A stretch of 64,000 nucleotides of DNA, from assembly GCA_963718235.1 (NCBI GenBank), contig CAVQYR010000001.1, forward strand, positions 384,001 through 448,000. Direction: 5' to 3'. The notes under the pieces are model-generated. The model worked only from the letters and a program-made list of their open reading frames with translations, did not search any database and was not told the DNA's origin. This DNA is from an uncultured Actinomycetota bacterium (GTDB lineage: Bacteria > Actinomycetota > Actinomycetes > JAHEKZ01). Shown here piece by piece: positions 59,993 through 64,000 of this stretch. The position numbers and the translations under genes were made by a program. How positions within the stretch are numbered: position 1 is the first letter of the stretch; each line of letters starts with the position of its first letter.

Positions 59993-60568
59993 GTGAACGT
60001 CCCCGTGCGAGGTGCGTCGACGGTCGTGATCGTGCGAGACGGGTCGGACGGGCTCGAGGTCTGGCTGCAGCAACGGTCGACATCGTTGGTGTTCGCCGGT
60101 GGGATGCACGCGTTCCCTGGCGGCGCCGTCGACGACGACGATGCGTCGGCCTCGATCGACGGCGACGTCCTCGACGCGCACACCGCTGTGTGGGTCGAGC
60201 CTCGCGAACGGGTGTCGGCGTTCCTCGCGGCCGCAGTGCGTGAGACGTTCGAGGAGTGTGGGGTCGCGCTGGCGCCGGAGGCTCTGCGGCCTTGGGCGCG
60301 CTGGGTCACCCCTCCCGGACCGCCCCGCAGGTTCGATGCCTGGTTCTTCGTCGCGGCGGTCCCGCCCGGACAGCATCCCGAGCCGTTGACGGGGGAGGTG
60401 GCCGAGGCATCCTGGGTGGTCGTGCGCTCCGCTGTCGAGCGTGAGGCTGCTGGCGACCTGCCCATGTGGCCCCCGACGATCACGACATTGACCGAGCTGG
60501 CCGCGTTCGACTCCGTGGCCGAGGTGCTCGCAGCGGCCCCCCAGCGGATCGAGGCGGTGACCGGATGA
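59993..60568 (+). CDS. NUDIX hydrolase
   Basis: FPGG, AAVRETFEECG, WARWVTP, RRFD. Confidence 0.9.
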   Translation: MNVPVRGASTVVIVRDGSDGLEVWLQQRSTSLVFAGGMHAFPGGAVDDDDASASIDGDVLDAHTAVWVEPRERVSAFLAAAVRETFEECGVALAPEALRPWARWVTPPGPPRRFDAWFFVAAVPPGQHPEPLTGEVAEASWVVVRSAVEREAAGDLPMWPPTITTLTELAAFDSVAEVLAAAPQRIEAVTG

Positions 60569-61374
60569 CGGAGTCGGGCGCCGGCGCGGGGGGTTGGCGA
60601 GGCGGTGACGTCGCCGAGGGGGTCACGTGCGTCCTGGCCGAAAACCCCGGACCGCTGACCCTCGACGGCACGAACACCTGGCTGCTGGCGGGGCGGGAGG
60701 TGTCGTCATGCGTCGTCATCGACCCCGGACCAGACGATGCGGCTCACCTGCAGTCGGTCGTGGTGGCCGGAGCCGAGCGCGGGTGGGACGTCGAGGGCGT
60801 GCTGCTCACCCATGGGCACGCCGACCATGCGGGAGGCTGCGAGCGGCTGGCCGACCTGACCGGTGCCTGGGTGCGCGCCGCGAGGCCAGAGCACTGCCGC
60901 GGTGGTAACCCCCTGCTCGACGAAGAGGTGATCGAGGTGGCCGGGCTGCGGATCGAGGTCGTGTCCACGCCCGGGCACACGGCGGACTCCGTGTCCTTCC
61001 TGGTGGCGGCTCGGAGTCTGCTGCTGACCGGTGACACGGTGCTCGGCCGTGGGACTTCGTTCGTCGCGCACCCCGACGGCCGGCTGGCCGACTACCTGAT
61101 GTCCCTGGACCGCCTCGCGGCCCGGACGGTCGTCGGTCCGGTCCTGGTCCTGCCCGGGCACGGCCCGGTCGTGCCCGACGGGGCGGCGGTGATCGCGCAG
61201 TACCGGGCCCACCGGCTGCAGCGGCTGGCCCAAGTGCGCGCGGCGAGGGCGGGCGGGGCGCAGACGGCCGACGCCGTGCTGGACGCGGTGTACGGCCCGC
61301 TGTCCGAGAACCTGAGGCCGGCGGCCCTGGCCAGCACCCTGGCCCAGCTGGCGTACCTCGACGCGTACCCCTGA
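60565..61374 (+). CDS. MBL-fold metallohydrolase
   Basis: NPGPLTLDGTNTW, THGHADH, PGHT, GD, PGHG. Confidence 0.92.
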   Translation: MTESGAGAGGWRGGDVAEGVTCVLAENPGPLTLDGTNTWLLAGREVSSCVVIDPGPDDAAHLQSVVVAGAERGWDVEGVLLTHGHADHAGGCERLADLTGAWVRAARPEHCRGGNPLLDEEVIEVAGLRIEVVSTPGHTADSVSFLVAARSLLLTGDTVLGRGTSFVAHPDGRLADYLMSLDRLAARTVVGPVLVLPGHGPVVPDGAAVIAQYRAHRLQRLAQVRAARAGGAQTADAVLDAVYGPLSENLRPAALASTLAQLAYLDAYP

Positions 61375-61379
61375 CGGGG

Positions 61380-62057
61380 TCAGCGAGCCCGGCGGGTCAG
61401 CCGCTCGACGTCGAGCAGCACGACGGCTCGTGCCTCGAGGCGCAGCCAGCCGCGCTGGGCGAAGTCGGCCAACGCCTTGTTGACCGTCTCGCGCGATGCC
61501 CCGACGAGCTGGGCGAGCTCCTCCTGGGTGAGGTCGTGGGCCACCAGGATCCCGCCCTCGGCCGGCGTGCCGAACTTGTCGGACAGGTCCAGCAGGGCCT
61601 TGGCCACGCGCCCCGGGACGTCGCTGAAGACGAGGTCGGACATCGCCTCGTTGGTCCGCCGCAGCCGCTGGGCGAGTGCCTGGAGGAGCTCCTCGGCAAC
61701 CTCGGGACGGCCGGTGAGCCAGGGGCGCAGGTCCCGCTGCCCCATGCCGAGCAGCCGCACGTCGGTCAGGGCGGTCGCCGTCGACGTGCGCTCCCCTGGG
61801 TCGAACAGGGAGAGCTCGCCGAACATCTCACCGGGACCGAGGACGGCGAGCAGGTTCTCGCGGCCGTCGATCGAGGTCTGTCCGAGCTTGACCTTGCCGT
61901 CGACGACCACGAAGAGCCGGTCGCCGGGCTCACCCTCGGCGAAGACGGTGTCGCCACGCACCACCCGCTGCGGGGTCATCGAGGCGCGCAGGGCCTGGGC
62001 GGCGCTGTCGTCGAGGGCGGCGAACAGCGCGGTCCGGCGCACGACGTCGTCGTCCAC
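61380..62057 (-). CDS. crp: cAMP receptor protein (Crp/GlxR)
   Basis: FGELSLFDPGERTS, DVPGRVAKALL, LTQEELAQLVGASRETVNKAL. Confidence 0.95.
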   Translation of the reverse strand: MDDDVVRRTALFAALDDSAAQALRASMTPQRVVRGDTVFAEGEPGDRLFVVVDGKVKLGQTSIDGRENLLAVLGPGEMFGELSLFDPGERTSTATALTDVRLLGMGQRDLRPWLTGRPEVAEELLQALAQRLRRTNEAMSDLVFSDVPGRVAKALLDLSDKFGTPAEGGILVAHDLTQEELAQLVGASRETVNKALADFAQRGWLRLEARAVVLLDVERLTRRAR

Positions 62058-62199
62058 ATGCCCTCCGTGTGCTGGGTCCGGCGCTGGGTCGGGCCCTGAG
62101 GTGCGGCGCCGACGATCGGGGGACAGTCTGCCGCGGACCGGCGGGCTCGGCCAGGGTTCTGGGCGGCGCAGGGAGCTGGGCGGGCGCTCGAGGGGTGGG

Positions 62200-62769
62200 T
62201 CAGGCCTTGGGGGCAGCGCCCGCTGGCTGGGCGGGCGGCTGGGAGTCGCCGGGCCGTAGCGGGAGCACCGACAGGCACAGGGTCGGCTCCTCGCGGTAGC
62301 GGGCGATCAGCTCACCCGTGGCGTTGCTGAGCCTTCGGTGCAACGCAGCCCGATAGGCCGACAGCTGCAGCTCGGCGAATGCCAGGTCGCGGGTCATCGC
62401 GTCCCTGGCGGCCTCGTCGGTGGGGTCGGCCTCCCGCGCCCAGAGCTGGTTGAGGTCCGGCAGGGGTGGGACGTCGTCGACCGGGAGCACCTCGATCAGG
62501 GCCTGTCGACCGATGCCGACCCGGGTCTCGCTCAGGGCCTGGCCCAGCCGCTCCAGTCGAACCGGGTCGGGCTGCCCGCTCAGCTCCTGCAGGTCCATCC
62601 GGGCCTGGATGAGCCGTCGCCAGTACGACACCCGACCTTCTTCGGCGGTCAGCGCCTGCCGGTACGAGCGCAGCGCCTCGAGGGAGAGGTGGGCGAACTC
62701 GTCACTGCGTCGTGGCGCCTCCCGCTCGGCGGCCCGGGACTTGCCCCGGGCGCCGGTGCGCGTCGTCAT
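62200..62769 (-). CDS. RsiG/AmfC-like coiled-coil protein (putative c-di-GMP-binding anti-sigma factor)
   Basis: EGRVSYWRRLIQARMD matches E-x3-S-x2-R-x3-Q-x3-D; second motif ELQLSAYRAALHRRLS; ELIARYRE; GGGAGGG RBS. Confidence 0.75.
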   Translation of the reverse strand: MTTRTGARGKSRAAEREAPRRSDEFAHLSLEALRSYRQALTAEEGRVSYWRRLIQARMDLQELSGQPDPVRLERLGQALSETRVGIGRQALIEVLPVDDVPPLPDLNQLWAREADPTDEAARDAMTRDLAFAELQLSAYRAALHRRLSNATGELIARYREEPTLCLSVLPLRPGDSQPPAQPAGAAPKA

Positions 62770-62878
62770 GGCGCGTCCCTCCCTCATCGTCCCTGCCGGT
62801 GTCGTCGGGTCGCCGCGCACCCTTGAGGGGGCGTCACCCGGACGGTGGAGGCCGACGACCGGCACCTAGGCTTGCCCG

Positions 62879-63622
62879 GTGGCTCCCCCTCGCTCCCGTC
62901 GCGTCGGCCGACGACGTGCGGCGGCGTCGGTTCCGGCGACCCACACGGCACTCGTGCGACAGGCACGCAAGGTCAACCGCGTGCTGGCGGAGACCTACCC
63001 CGACGCCGAGTGCGAGCTGGACTTCAGCACTCCGCTGGAGCTCCTCGTGGCCACGATTCTGTCCGCGCAGTGCACTGACAAGCGGGTCAACCTGGTCACG
63101 CCGACCCTCTTCTCGAGGTACCGCAGCGCCGCCGACTACGCCGCCGCCGACCGGGCCGAGCTCGAGCTGCTGATCCAGTCGACCGGCTTCTTCCGGGCGA
63201 AGGCCAACTCGCTGATTGGGCTCGGACAGGTGCTGTGCGACGACTACTCCGGTGAGGTACCGGCCCGGTTGAAGGACCTGGTCACCCTCCCGGGGGTGGG
63301 TCGAAAGACGGCCAACGTCGTCCTCGGCAATGCGTTCGGGGTCCCCGGGATCACCGTGGACACGCACTTCGGACGGCTGGCCCGCCGCCTGGGCTGGACC
63401 ACCGAGACCGACCCGGACAAGGTCGAGGCCGAGGTGGGGGCGCTGTTCCCGCGCCAGGACTGGACCCAGCTGTCCCACCACCTGATCTGGCACGGGCGGC
63501 GGCGCTGCCACGCGCGCAGACCGGCCTGCGGTGCCTGCCCGGTCGCCGCCTGGTGCCCGTCCTACGGCGAGGGACCGGTCGACCCCGACGTCGCCGCGAA
63601 ACTGGTCAAGGACGTCCCGTGA
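62879..63622 (+). CDS. nth: endonuclease III
   Basis: LSAQCTD, Hh[15 protein letters not shown]-x6-C-x2-C-x5-C cluster. Confidence 0.96.
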   Translation: MAPPRSRRVGRRRAAASVPATHTALVRQARKVNRVLAETYPDAECELDFSTPLELLVATILSAQCTDKRVNLVTPTLFSRYRSAADYAAADRAELELLIQSTGFFRAKANSLIGLGQVLCDDYSGEVPARLKDLVTLPGVGRKTANVVLGNAFGVPGITVDTHFGRLARRLGWTTETDPDKVEAEVGALFPRQDWTQLSHHLIWHGRRRCHARRPACGACPVAAWCPSYGEGPVDPDVAAKLVKDVP

Positions 63623-64000
63623 CCGACCGGCGCGGGTTCGCCTTGGCCTGTCGTCTCGCGCCCTGGCTGGTGGCGGCGACCTTTGCGCTTGCGATCCTCA
63701 CCGCCTGCGGCTCGGAGGGTGCCGGCACGCGGGTCGCCCCAGGTGCCTCCGACACCCCACCGGGGATCAGCGTGCCCACAGGGGCGGTCGCCGACCCTGC
63801 CCTGGTGAAGGCGGCGGGACTCAGACCGTGCCCGGTGGCCGGCCCGGCAGCGGTCCGCGACGACGGCCTGCCCGACATGGAGCTGCCGTGTCTCGGCGAG
63901 GGTCCAGAGGTGCGGCTCGCTGGCCTTCGCGGCGAGCCCATGCTCGTCAACGTATGGGCCTCCTGGTGCGCGCCGTGCCGCGGCGAGCTCCCGATGCTTC
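63619..64000 (+). CDS. TlpA family thiol-disulfide lipoprotein (truncated by the window end)
   Basis: GTG overlapping the nth stop, lipobox [15 protein letters not shown]. Confidence 0.88.
   Translation, partial: MTDRRGFALACRLAPWLVAATFALAILTACGSEGAGTRVAPGASDTPPGISVPTGAVADPALVKAAGLRPCPVAGPAAVRDDGLPDMELPCLGEGPEVRLAGLRGEPMLVNVWASWCAPCRGELPML

Overview
High-GC actinomycete chromosomal window with no integrase, transposase, phage or CRISPR array visible. The left half (about 0.4-33 kb) is accessory metabolism: a BacNav-like channel, a HemN-like radical SAM enzyme (MenK-like), Tat-exported PHP/PKD and amidohydrolase proteins, two agmatine-deiminase-family genes with TetR regulators, CtpE, an acyl-CoA synthetase, N5-carboxyethyl-ornithine synthase, and a dense block of amide-bond enzymes (two C45 Ntn hydrolases, S9 peptidase, amidase, ATP-grasp ligase, two class III aminotransferases). 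The right half is conserved core: pntAB, upp, tadA, two tRNA-Ser, SRP RNA, dnaX-recR, ask-asd, MoxR/DUF58/transglutaminase, tRNA-Pro, ponA-whiB4, an ArsA pair, ridA, crp, nth and tlpA. Best leads: the C45/ATP-grasp/rocD unit; a cytoplasmic plus Tat-exported deiminase pair under a tandem palindromic operator; an RsiG-type c-di-GMP-motif protein placed upstream of crp, with BldD-like boxes before whiB4; a MenK-like methyltransferase; and an AAA-wHTH gene with an AT-rich palindrome. Four +1 frameshifts look like sequencing artefacts. All family calls come from motif recognition by eye, not database searches.
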